From Octopus vulgaris (taxonomy: Eukaryota): a DNA stretch of 64,000 bases. A program made the translations under genes and the position numbers. Of the stretch, positions 53,870 through 64,000 are shown in pieces. The notes beneath the pieces were generated by a model that saw only the letters and a program-made list of their open reading frames with translations, was not told the origin of the DNA and searched no databases. The stretch is from the NCBI GenBank assembly GCA_951406725.2, contig OX597836.1, positions 29,326,001 to 29,390,000 on the forward strand, in the 5' to 3' direction. The first letter of the stretch is position 1. Every line of letters begins with the position of its first letter.

Positions 53870-55958
53870 GTAAGTGACATTTAAATGTGGTTTTTTTCCT
53901 TTTCAATAACCCTTTATTAACCTTTAAAGAGTGTGATTAAAATTAATGTACCTGAGACATCTCAGACCCCACCTCCCTTTTTTTTTTGTTTTTACTAAAT
54001 AAAATAAATCTTCTTGTTTTTGTAGTTAAGAAGTTTGCTTCCTGACCATATGGTTTTGGGTTTAGTCCTACCATATGGCACCTTGAGAAAATGTCTTCTA
54101 CTATAACCCTAGGCTGACCAAAGCTTTGTGAATAGATTTAGTTGACAGAAACTGAAAGAAGCCTGTCATATATATGTTTGTGTGTGTGAGTGTGTGTATG
54201 CTTGTGTCGCCTTGTCTCAACAGCACTCAGTCTTCTAAATGAAGGTCATTCATTTCCAATATTCTGCAAAAAGATGCCTGTCTATGGAGAATTATTACCT
54301 TGCTTGGAAACAGGTGAGAGTTAGTGACTGAAAGGCCACCTGGCCATAGAATATCTGCTTCATTAAGCTCCTTCCGACTTATACAAGCAGGAAAATGAGG
54401 ATATTTTGAATATTCTGTACAGGCGTAGGAGTGGCTGTGTGGTAATCACATGGTTCCGGGTTCAGTCCCACTGTGTGGTACCTTGGGCAAGTGTCTTCTA
54501 CTATAGCCTCGGGCTGACCAAAGCCTTGTGAGCAGATTTGGTAGACGGAAACTGAAAGAAGCCTGTCATATATACGTGTGTGTCTGTCTGTCTGTCCTCC
54601 AACATCACTTGACAATCGATGCTGGTGTGTTTACGTCCCCGTAACTTAGCGGTTCGGCAAAAGAGACCGATGGAATAAGTACTAGGCTTACAAGGAATAA
54701 GTCCTGGGGCCGATTTGCTCGACTAAAGTTGGTGCTCCAGCATGGCCACAGTCAAATAACTGAAACACATAAAAGAGTAAAGAGTTATGTTTGGATGAGA
54801 ACTGAATTGTATAAAGAGCATTGAACTAGTTATATATCCTCCTCTTAAACAATTCATTGTAAAGATAAATTTTGTAAAGATAAATTCTGGAAATACAGAG
54901 AACAGTTGTTTCATTGTTCTCTGTATATCATCCTTCAGAAGCTGTCATTTCGGACAATGCTCTTCTTTATCAGAAAAAGAACATTGATATTGCTTTTGTT
55001 TTTTAACTCCAGACCACCCCCAATGCAGTTGACCTATAACAAAAACCATTCCAACCATGGCATCCCCTCTTTAGTTTCACACACACAATGTATCTAGGAT
55101 TATATTCTTTGTTTTTTTTGGGGTTTTTTTTTTAAGAGAATAGGATTTGGTTTAAGGGAAATTTTGCTTCTATTTTATGATGCACTGGTCATAGTAGCTG
55201 ACCAAATGCCTTTCAGTTATTTAGTTAAGACCCCGTTATATTAAATTATGGGTTCAAATCTCACCTATGGCAACTTAGTCGATAAAATAGGTGACTGTCA
55301 AATATTGGGATCAGTTTAATTGACTAAACTTCTCTTCCAAACTTTCTTTTCCTTGTACCTATGTTACAAACTGTTAGTATAGTAAATGGTATAGTGCCAG
55401 ACCTTTGTTTCTTGTAGGCTCTCAGATGGCAAATAAAATCATGGCTGTGTGGTAAGGAGTTTGCTTCCCAACCACATGGTTCTGGGTTCAGTTCCATTGT
55501 GTGGTACTTTGGGAAAGTGTCTTCTACTGTTGCCTTAGGCTTACCAAAGCCTTGTTATGGATCCAGTACACAGAAACTGAAAAAAAACCCCATCATATAT
55601 TTATATCTGTTTGCGTGTGTGTCTTTATACCTGTGCTTGTCCCCTACCACTGCTTAACAACTGGTGTTCGTGTGTTCATGTCCTCATAACTTAGCAGTTC
55701 AACAAAAGACACTGATAGAATAAGTACCAGGCTTCAAAAAAATGAGTACTGGGGTTGATTCATTCAACTAAAAATTCTTTAAGGCAGTGCCCCAGCATGG
55801 CCGCAGTCTAATGACTGAAACAAGTAAACCAATTGTTTGCTTTATTTGGTGGGTTGGCATAATCTGTCGAGCATCAGGCAAAGTTCTTTGCAGTATTCGT
55901 TCTGGTGTTGATGGTATCAACTACTCACCCTGCCCTCAATTGGTGGCTTTGCGCTTAA

Positions 55959-56179
55959 CCCTTTAGTGTTCACATTATTCTACCAAAATTAATGCTTTTT
56001 CATCCACATTGCCTTGAACTAATCAGGCATTATCTTGTAGCTTTGAGATTTTGATGAGGTAGCTGTTAATTTTTAAAATGATATTGTAGGGTTGGTGTGA
56101 GAGACCAGATCTGGCCATTTTGAACATAAAACAGGCAGAATACTTTTGGCCGGATATGGCCGGTTTAAATGCTAAAGGG
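55959..56179. mobile_element. piggyBac-type MITE, representative copy
   Basis: TTAA|CCCTTTAG...CTAAAGGG|TTAA. Other copies at about 23838-24282, 33497-33700, 34678-34882, 40441-40650, 41208-41428, 45208-45412, 46112-46321, 59877-60433; a different TTAA-CCC family at 17447-17690. Confidence 0.85.
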
Positions 56180-56769
56180 TTAAATTAGAAATTATTATTC
56201 GTTGACATTTAGTTACAGATCGTTAAACTGAATGCTTCATTGAGCCCACCAGAGAACCACTGCATTAGAAATAGTAGTTAAAACACTCTCAAATCACACC
56301 CTACTTTCTTAAAAACTGAAAGAAGATATTGGCTAATGTAGTCCTAGAATATAAAAAAAAAAAATGGTATGGTCATGACTGGAATACTTCTGCTCATAGA
56401 TCTGCTTGGTATGGTTGGCATGAGCCTTATAGTATTTGATTAAATCTCATTTCAAATTGTGCGACCAATTTTATCATTGATTCTGAAGCTGGTCAACTAA
56501 ACTGGCCACAAGGCTACATATTTTGGTTAGCACAACATGTGTAGCCTCATACCAAAATTAAATATTTCTCTTTACATCATCATCATCATCATTTAGCGTC
56601 CGCTTTCCATGCTAGCATGGGTTGGACGGGTCAACTGGGGTCTGTGAAGCTGGAAGGCTTCGTTAGGCCCAGTCAGATCTGGCAGTGTTTCTACGGCTGG
56701 ATGCCCTTCCTAACGCCAACCACTCCGCGAGTGTAGTGGGTGTTTTTTACATGCCACCTGCACAGGTGC

Positions 56770-57015
56770 CAGACAGAGCTGGCAAACGGCCACGAACGGA
56801 TGGTGCTTTTACGTGTCACCGGCACGGGGCCAGGCGATGCTGGCAACGGACACGAACGGATGGTGCTTTTATGTGCCACCGACATGGGGCCAGACAGAGC
56901 TGGCAAACGGCCACGAATGGACGGTGCTTTTACGTGTCACCGGCACGGGGGCCAGCCGAGGCTGGCAACGGACACGAACGGATGGTGCCACCGACACAGT
57001 TGCCAGACAGAGCTG
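56770..57015. repeat. About 60-bp tandem units in alternating A/B order inside a retroposon copy
   Basis: A: cagacagagctggcaaacggccacgaa..gtgtcaccggcacgggg; B: gctggcaacggacacgaacggatggtgc..gccaccgaca. Confidence 0.85.
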
Positions 57016-57074
57016 ATAGATAAACAATTCTTTTTTTTTATTTTATAACTTTTAATTTATGTTTTTCTTTGTAG

Positions 57075-57223
57075 GTTTCAAAGAAAAATCTGATGGAAAT
57101 AGTCAAGAAGTTGATGATTCATATGGACAAAGCAGAGGGTTCTCACTATAGAGATGAGCTGTTATCCAAGATTATAGAGATCTGTAGCCAGTCAAATTAC
57201 CAGTATGTCATCAATTTTGAATG
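57075..57223 (+). CDS. AP3D1: AP3D1 exon 13: VSKKNLMEIVKKLMIHMDKAEGSHYRDELLSKIIEICSQSNYQYVINFE(W)
   Basis: ttgtag|GTT...GAA TG|gtatgt, 149 nt. Confidence 0.97.
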
Positions 57224-58038
57224 GTATGTAATCAATATATCTCTTTTTGTTTTACTTACAATGTTTTTTTATGTATAGGAGTAGCTGTGTGGTAAGTAGC
57301 TTGCTTATGAACCACATGGTTCCGGGTTCAGTCCCACTGCGTGGAACCTTGGGCAAGTTTCTTCTACTATAGCCTTGGGCCGACCAAAGCCTTGTGAGTG
57401 GATTTGGTAGACGGAAACTGAAAGAAGCCCGTCGTATATATGTATATATATATGTGTGTATGTTTGTGTGTTGTTTTTGTCCCCTCCCCCAACATCGCTT
57501 GACAACCGATGCTGGTGTGTTTATGTCCCCGTAACTTAGCGGTTCAGCAAAAAAGACTGATAGAATATGTACTGGGCTTACAAAAGAATAAGTCCCGGGG
57601 TCGAGTTGCTCGATTAAAGGCGGTGCTCCAGCATGGCCACAGTCACATGACTGAAACAAGTAAAAGAGTAAAGAGTATATATTTAGGTACAGGTTGTGGC
57701 TGTGTGGTAAGAAGTTTGCTTCATGACCACATTGTTTCAGGTTCAGTCCCATTGTGTGACACCTTGAGCAGGTGTTATCTACAATACCCTCAGGCCCACT
57801 AAAGCCTTTTGAGTGGATTTCGTGTATGGAAACTGAAAGAAGCCCATCACACAAATACACATATATGTGTTTATGTGCATCTCTTTTCTTGACATCATGT
57901 GATAGGTATAAGTGTCTCCATCTTGTAAGCAGACATTTTACCGTTTATAGATATAGTGATATATGTATATAATCTTTTGATATGCATTAAAACCTGCATA
58001 CACACACATGTACATTTGTTTTTTTTTGTTTTTTTCAG

Positions 58039-58165
58039 GTATGTCAGTATATTAGTAGAACTGACTAGAATGGAAGGCACAAGGCATGGGAAACTTATTG
58101 CTAGTCAAATGTTGGATGTTGCTATACGGGTCCAAACTATTAGAGATTTTGCTGTTCAGCAAATG
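58039..58165 (+). CDS. AP3D1: AP3D1 exon 14: (W)YVSILVELTRMEGTRHGKLIASQMLDVAIRVQTIRDFAVQQM
   Basis: tttcag|G TAT...ATG|gtaagt, 127 nt. Confidence 0.97.
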
Positions 58166-58675
58166 GTAAGTAGTAACATTGGAAAAAAATGTTTCCGATG
58201 CTGTTTGATTTGCTGTTGTATTAACTTTTGTTGGTAAATTTCCATTGTTAATTTTACATTGTCAGACTTGTTCTTGCATTTAGCATGAAACAAAATATTC
58301 TAAAATCAATGACAGCTCCCTGTGAGGATGAAGGAAAAGGTCTACAGTACTTTTATATTCCTTGCACTAGAGACTTGTTTCATGCCAGACAATTATTCCA
58401 TGGACCAGGGCGATCACATTCATAACAAAGCAAAATAAAGTCAATAATATATAATTTAATTATTACGTACACACCAGCATTGGTGCTGGTGCCATGTAAA
58501 AAGCACCCAATACACTCTGTAAAGTGGTTGACATTAGGAAGGACATCCAGATGTAGAAACAAAGTCAAAATACTATGGAGCCTCATATGGCCCATGGCCT
58601 TGCCAGCTTCTGTCAAGCCATTCAACCCATGCCAGCATGGAAAATGGATGTTAAATTATGATGATATATATAGCT

Positions 58676-58718
<43 letters not shown>

Positions 58719-59492
58719 ATATATAACACATATATATATATAACGTATATATGCAGACTTTGATAGTCAATAAAATAGAAATAACATTTTTATATGTGTG
58801 GGTTGGTACCAAATGATCCACAGCCCAGTGGTTGGAGATGCCTGGTCTATGGTATGAATGCATTAAATGGCAAGATCTTTCATTCATACCATAGGAGGTC
58901 TTTCAAAACCATGAGATGAGCCTTGTGTCAAGATTTCACTGACCTTTGAGCTATATACTGCCTTATCCTCATTGACGCATACTTAAGATCTAAAACCTTA
59001 AAACCCTTTGGGCAAACTAAAACCCTAAAACTCTTTGGGTATACCAAAAGATCCACTAAAGGTCTGTCTAAGTTATGTCTTGAGGGATTTCTTCAAGGTA
59101 AAAGAAATTGTGGTGGTTCTAAATAAAGATGAAAAGATAACATTGCAGATGGATTTCACTTTGACAACTTAGATCACAATAAACTTACTCAGTAAATACA
59201 GTAATAAATGGGGGAAACTTGTTTTTGTTTTAACTTCTATTTTGAAGGTTTCCATTGCTAATTTCACGAACATGTATAACTTAAGTAATAACACAAATCA
59301 AATGGTTTGTTGAACCATATTTTCTGGCATACAAGTCAAATTTTTAGACCAAAATTTATAACCAAAACAGGTAGGCTGACTTCTGCACCAAGATAACTTA
59401 GGCAGACTAAATTCCATGTGAAATGCAGCAGGATTTGGAAAGATAGTGACAATGTTTGAATGTTTATACTACATGATTTACACTTTATACTA

Positions 59493-59619
59493 CAGGGTGT
59501 CCACAAAGTCTGGGTACATGGAGTAAATAAAATCATAACATAAAGAATCAAATATAAGAAATAATGATTTCTTAAAGTATGTGTGAATCCCCTTGTAACC
59601 AGACTTTGTGGACACCCTG
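59493..59619. mobile_element. Tc1/mariner MITE, 127 bp
   Basis: TA|cagggtgtccacaaagtctgg...ccagactttgtggacaccctg|TA. Confidence 0.88.
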
Positions 59620-59713
59620 TATATTAGCTTGTGTGCTGGAGAATAAAGTAACTATTTTCATTTTCAACATGTAATATTATTTTATAGTCACACTAAATTT
59701 TCAATTCTTCTAG

Positions 59714-59817
59714 GCTGTTTTGCTCGACAACTCTCATGTACTTGCATCCAACTCTCAAAGAAATGGTATTTGTGAAGTGCTTTATGCTGCTGCTTGGATA
59801 TGTGGCGAATTTTCTGA
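59714..59817 (+). CDS. AP3D1: AP3D1 exon 15: AVLLDNSHVLASNSQRNGICEVLYAAAWICGEFS(E)
   Basis: ttctag|GCT...TCT GA|gtaagc, 104 nt; WICGEF adaptin motif. Confidence 0.97.
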
Positions 59818-60747
59818 GTAAGCTAATCCATCTTGATTTTTTTCCAAAATTTGTTGAAGGAGACTGCTTTTGTGCTTAACCCTTTGGCGTTTAAACCAGC
59901 TTTAACTTGCCCAGATATGTTACCTGTTTTATCTTCAAACTGACTATATTTGGCCTCTCAAACCTGCCCTGCAATGTCTTTTTAAAACTAACGAAGGAGA
60001 TGATAAAGTACCAAGATATTTGGCACATTGCTGTATCAAAGAAGACCTGCCCACCACAACAGAATTGAGATCCTAAAACCAAGATGCCATGTAACAAGCA
60101 CTGGTGTGGGTGCTGGTGCCACATAAAAGACACTGGTGATGGTGCTACATAAAAAGCACCCAGTACACTCTGTGGAGTGGTTGGTGTTAGGAAGAGCAGC
60201 CAACTGTAGAAACCAAGCCAAAACAGATTATGGAACCTGGTGTGACCCCTGGCCTTGCAAGTTCCTGTCAAGCCATCCAACCCATGCCAGCATGGGAAAC
60301 AGACATTAAATGTTGGTGATGAATCAATCACATCATCGAAATCTTGAAGCTAAGAGATAATGCAGGATTAATTCCAAACAATGAATAAATAAGCTTTACA
60401 TTTGACAGATTAATCTGAATGCCAAAAGGTTAAATAAATTTTCATTGTAATTGAGATTTTGGAGAAGTTTAGTAAAATATCTAACTTTATATAGAGTGGA
60501 ATATATTATGTCGGTGTTGGCCAATAGGAATATAATGATATAAGTCATAATATAATGAAGACTTTAGTAGAGGGTGGTCCAGGGAAGGTTGGTTTAAAAC
60601 ATTAAGTCAGATAAACTGACTAGAAAATGTAATCAATAATTTACATAAATGGTATTTACAAATCATAACTGTTATATAATATATGTGTGTTGTTATATAT
60701 GTGTATATATGTATTTATATATTCCTTTTAAAAACAATTTATTTTAG

Positions 60748-60979
60748 GTATTTGAAAGATCCAAAGTCTACTTTGGAAGCTATGCTTCGCCCCAAGATTA
60801 CCGCTTTACCAGGTCATATTCAGAGTGTGTATGTTCAGAATTTAGTGAAATTATATTCCAATATCTTGAAGAAAGCAGAAGAAGAAGAAGATGAAGCCAC
60901 AATGAAAGAAACTGGTCAGATGCTTCTGGATAAACTACCAATGTTTATACAGAGCGCTGATCTTGAAGTTCAAGAGCGG
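60748..60979 (+). CDS. AP3D1: AP3D1 exon 16: (E)YLKDPKSTLEAMLRPKITALPGHIQSVYVQNLVKLY...FIQSADLEVQER
   Basis: ttttag|G TAT...CGG|gtaaga, 232 nt. Confidence 0.97.
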
Positions 60980-61391
60980 GTAAGATATTTCTCTCCTAAA
61001 TATTGATTTTAGATTTAGATATTAGAAATCCATTAGAGTATTGTTATTGAAAGAAAAAAAATGATTAATAATTCAAGATGGTAGGTTGCTAGAGCCATTA
61101 GTGTGGGTGCTGGTGCCACATAAAAAGCACTGGTGACGGTGTTATGTAAAGAGCACCCAGTACACTGTGTGGAGTGGTTGGCATTAGGAAAACTATCTAA
61201 CTGTAGAAACCAAGCCAAAACAGACTATGGACCTGGTGCGACCCCTGGCCCTTTATGTTATGAGTTCAAATCTTGAGGCTAGCTTTGCTTTTCGTCCTGC
61301 CTGCACTAATAAAGTAATGTACTCCTCAAGTATCAGGACTGGTTAATTGACTATAGTTTAATTGACTATATATAATTGACTATATATAAAT

Positions 61392-61782
61392 AGGTGCAGG
61401 AGTGACTGTGTGGTAAGTAGCTTGCTTACCAACCACATGGTTCCGGGTTCAGTCCCACTGCGTGGCACCTTGGGCAAGTGTCTTCTGCTATAGCCTCGGG
61501 CCGACCAAAGCCTTGTGAGTGGATTTGGTAGACGGAAACTGAAAGAAGCCCATTGTATATATGTATATATACGTGTATGTTTGTGTGTGTCTGTGTTTGT
61601 CCCCCCACCATCGCTTGACAACCGGTGCTGGTGTGTTTACGTCCCCGTAACTTAGCGGTTCGGCTAAAGAGAACGATAGATTAAGTACTAGGCTTACAAA
61701 GAATAAGTCCTGGGGTCGATTTGCTTGACTAAAGGCGGTGCTCCAGCATGGCTGCAGTCAAATGACTGAAACAAGTAGAGAG
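61392..61782 (+). mobile_element. Most abundant SINE family, representative full copy
   Basis: Head GGAGTGGCTGTGTGGTAAG..GGTTCAGTCCC, internal TA/TG microsatellite, tail GGCGGTGCTCCAGCATGGCYRCAGTCAAATGACTGAAACAAG. Other copies at about 4415-4775(-), 10533-10930, 19940-20275, 22652-23048, 42274-42632, 54421-54785, 55442-55828, 57277-57675, plus many fragments. Confidence 0.92.
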
Positions 61783-62108
61783 TCTCCCTAAATTTGTGGC
61801 CTTCTGCTGGAGTTAGAAATCAATATTAATGTCCATAAAGGCAGAGAGCTGGTAGAATCATTTCTGTGCCAGGCAAAATGCTTAGCAGCATTTCTTCCAT
61901 CTTTATGTTCTAAGTTCAAATTCCGCTGAGGTCGACTTTACCTTTCATCCTTTTGGGATCAGTAAAATTAAGTACCAGTTGAGCATTGGGGTTGATCCAG
62001 TTGACTAACTCACCTCCCCTAAAATTGCTGGCGTTGTGCCAAAATTTGAAACCAGTATTCATGTTTATTAAAAAGTGTTTAATTTATATTCATTAGTCTG
62101 ACAAAATA

Positions 62109-62327
62109 TGAGGGGGTGCTGAAAAGTTCATGGCTTTCGGTAAAAGAAAATACAGGGGGTTCTGTTAATTATGGTGCTATTTAATATATCCCCTCTCAGA
62201 TTCACACACTTATTGCAGCAGTCCTTCACTTTTTCTAAGCTCTGTAAAAAAAAAACTTGAGAGGTTGGGCCTTCAACCAGGACTTGCATTATGCCCTGAA
62301 AGCTGTGAACTTTTCAGCACCCCTTTG
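62109..62327. mobile_element. Mariner-type MITE
   Basis: TA|tgagggggtgctgaaaagttca...tgaacttttcagcacccctttg|TA. Confidence 0.82.
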
Positions 62328-62550
62328 TATATATACATTTTTGCCTGTGGCTCATCAAGAACTAAGGATCACAATTTTAGGAAGAACTAATGTAAATTAG
62401 CAGTGCTCCAGCATGACAACAATCTAATGATTGATACGAGTAAAAAAAAAATATTTGAAAAACAAAAGATGCATATTGTATCCATGCATGTATTTGTACT
62501 TTGGAAATATTCTTATGTTATTCTCTATTTTTTTCTTCAATTTCTTCAAG

Positions 62551-62696
62551 GCTTGTTGTGTTTTGCAATTGGTTAAATATGTTATGAAACTTCAAGAAAA
62601 AGGAAATCATTTAGCAGAGGAAATAGCGTGTTTGTTTTCTGGAGAATTGAATCCTGTTGCATTAAAGGCTCAAAGAAAAGTGCCTGTTCCTGATAA
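62551..62696 (+). CDS. AP3D1: AP3D1 exon 17: ACCVLQLVKYVMKLQEKGNHLAEEIACLFSGELNPVALKAQRKVPVPD(K)
   Basis: ttcaag|GCT...GAT AA|gtatgt, 146 nt; AAG acceptor. Confidence 0.95.
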
Positions 62697-63365
62697 GTAT
62701 GTGGAGAATATTTTTCGTTTTTGTCTTTTTTTTTAACAACTTAATTAAAATTAATCAATCAAATACTTAGAATCTAAGTGAAATTCCATCATCATTTTTT
62801 TTATTCATTTTACTCCAGTTGTTAAAATGGATGTCTCTGTGGCATATCACCTCCATTCATCTTGAAATTATCCATCTACAATGACAGTCATTTATAGATT
62901 TTCCTTGGAAGGTTGCCACTGAAGTTTGTTTCGTCTCTCAGTCATTTCTGATGACAAAACAACACATTATTTCACACACATTTTCTCTTCCATTTTTATT
63001 CTGATCTCTATCAACTCAAATGTTTTGCATTCTGAAATGGTTCATCATCTTAGTAAGGCATATTATTTGCATACTTTCTGTTTTAAAACTAAAACATTCA
63101 GTGATTTATTTCCTTGGAATAATAAAATAAAATATTAGATTTTTGTATTAATCAGTCAAATTGATAAAAGTATAATATTTGAAGAAAAAAAAAACATTTT
63201 TACTGCTATCCATCTTTTTTGTAACTATTTTTTTTTTTACAATACTGTATATGCTGGTGTGTAAGACGTGCTTTTGTAATTCTTAAATTTAACAAATAAC
63301 TGACACATGTAACTTGCACACGCACACACACATACTTAATACCTTTTTATGTTCATATTGTCAAG

Positions 63366-63464
63366 GTTGGATCTGGATCGTTGGATCAATGAGATTCCAT
63401 CTGACAGTTCTGACGAAGAAATCAGAGGCACATCCTTATTTACAACAACAGGAGACGACCACAA
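63366..63464 (+). CDS. AP3D1: AP3D1 exon 18: (K)LDLDRWINEIPSDSSDEEIRGTSLFTTTGDDH
   Basis: gtcaag|G TTG...CAC AA|gtatgt, 99 nt; LDLDxWIN motif at the trunk/hinge boundary; the 3' boundary is less certain. Confidence 0.88.
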
Positions 63465-64000
63465 GTATGTTAATTTATCTCATATTCATTGCCAAAGTCT
63501 TCTACAGTCTTTAACACACAAGATTTTTCTTTTTATTGATCTGCCATTGCTAATAGTATTTTAGAAGTAGTTGTTTTACGTCTCTTTACTAATTTTAACT
63601 TCTTTATTCTAGTGTATATTTGTATTTATACATTGATATCAAGTGCAGCCACGTAACTTCATGGTTAAGGTGTTGCACTCACAATCACAAGATTGTGATT
63701 TGAATTCCCAGACCAGGTGATGCTTTAAGCAAAACATTTCATCTCGCATCGTTCTGTGATCACTTTAATATCTGACATGTACACTATGCACCTATAGAAG
63801 CGATATCAATCTGATATGTTAACATATATGTGTGTGTGTGAGTTTGGAGGGATATATGATCCAGGTGGATACTATGGTGGCTCTCAGTTGTGTTCCAGGT
63901 TATGGCTAACCACATCAATCAGTAGTTAACATCTATGACTACTATTAGTGTCAGTCATTCCGTAAATCTCTCTGGGTAATTCCTGTTTGCTTCACTGGAC

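Larger units (their letters stand above)
23568..63464 (+). other. AP3D1: AP-3 complex subunit delta gene span (partial: 17 internal coding exons; first coding exon upstream of window, 3' part downstream)
   Basis: Spliced exons give one open frame of 1862 nt, from AKYIAECLDEIKQELRQDN to LDLDRWINEIPSDSSDEE, colinear with the metazoan delta-adaptin trunk. All introns are GT-AG and phases are consistent. Confidence 0.97.

Noticed and set aside
56770-57015. CRISPR-like regular repeats
   Set aside because: Units are contiguous tandem copies with no unique spacers, inside a eukaryotic retroposon.
57252-57860. 202-aa minus-strand ORF and similar 60-200 aa ORFs (RLPNPLTRLWSARGYSRRHLPKVP...)
   Set aside because: These are translations of the abundant SINE; they recur at many loci with indels and stops.

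Overview
Eukaryotic, AT-rich and microsatellite-rich genomic DNA, most likely from an octopus (inferred from the SINE families and TA/TATG content, not proven). The only host gene is AP-3 adaptor complex subunit delta (AP3D1) on the + strand. I traced 17 GT-AG exons by hand from 23568 to 63464, giving 1862 nt in one continuous frame. The first coding exon is not in the window and the gene continues past the right edge. The rest is intronic: at least five SINE families, CR1-group and RTE LINE remnants, Tc1/mariner remnants, piggyBac-type, hAT-type and mariner MITEs, and Penelope-like element (PLE) remnants. The main discovery is four unrelated short repeat families that each fold as a minimal type I hammerhead ribozyme. 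One has the canonical CUGAUGA core (44007-44085, sense to the pre-mRNA). Three have altered cores: GUGAACA (G3-C8 swap), CCGACGA (U4C) and CUGUUGA (A6U). A CR1-group LINE 3' UTR also shares a covarying terminal stem-loop with the most abundant SINE. All folds were done by eye and no ribozyme activity is demonstrated.
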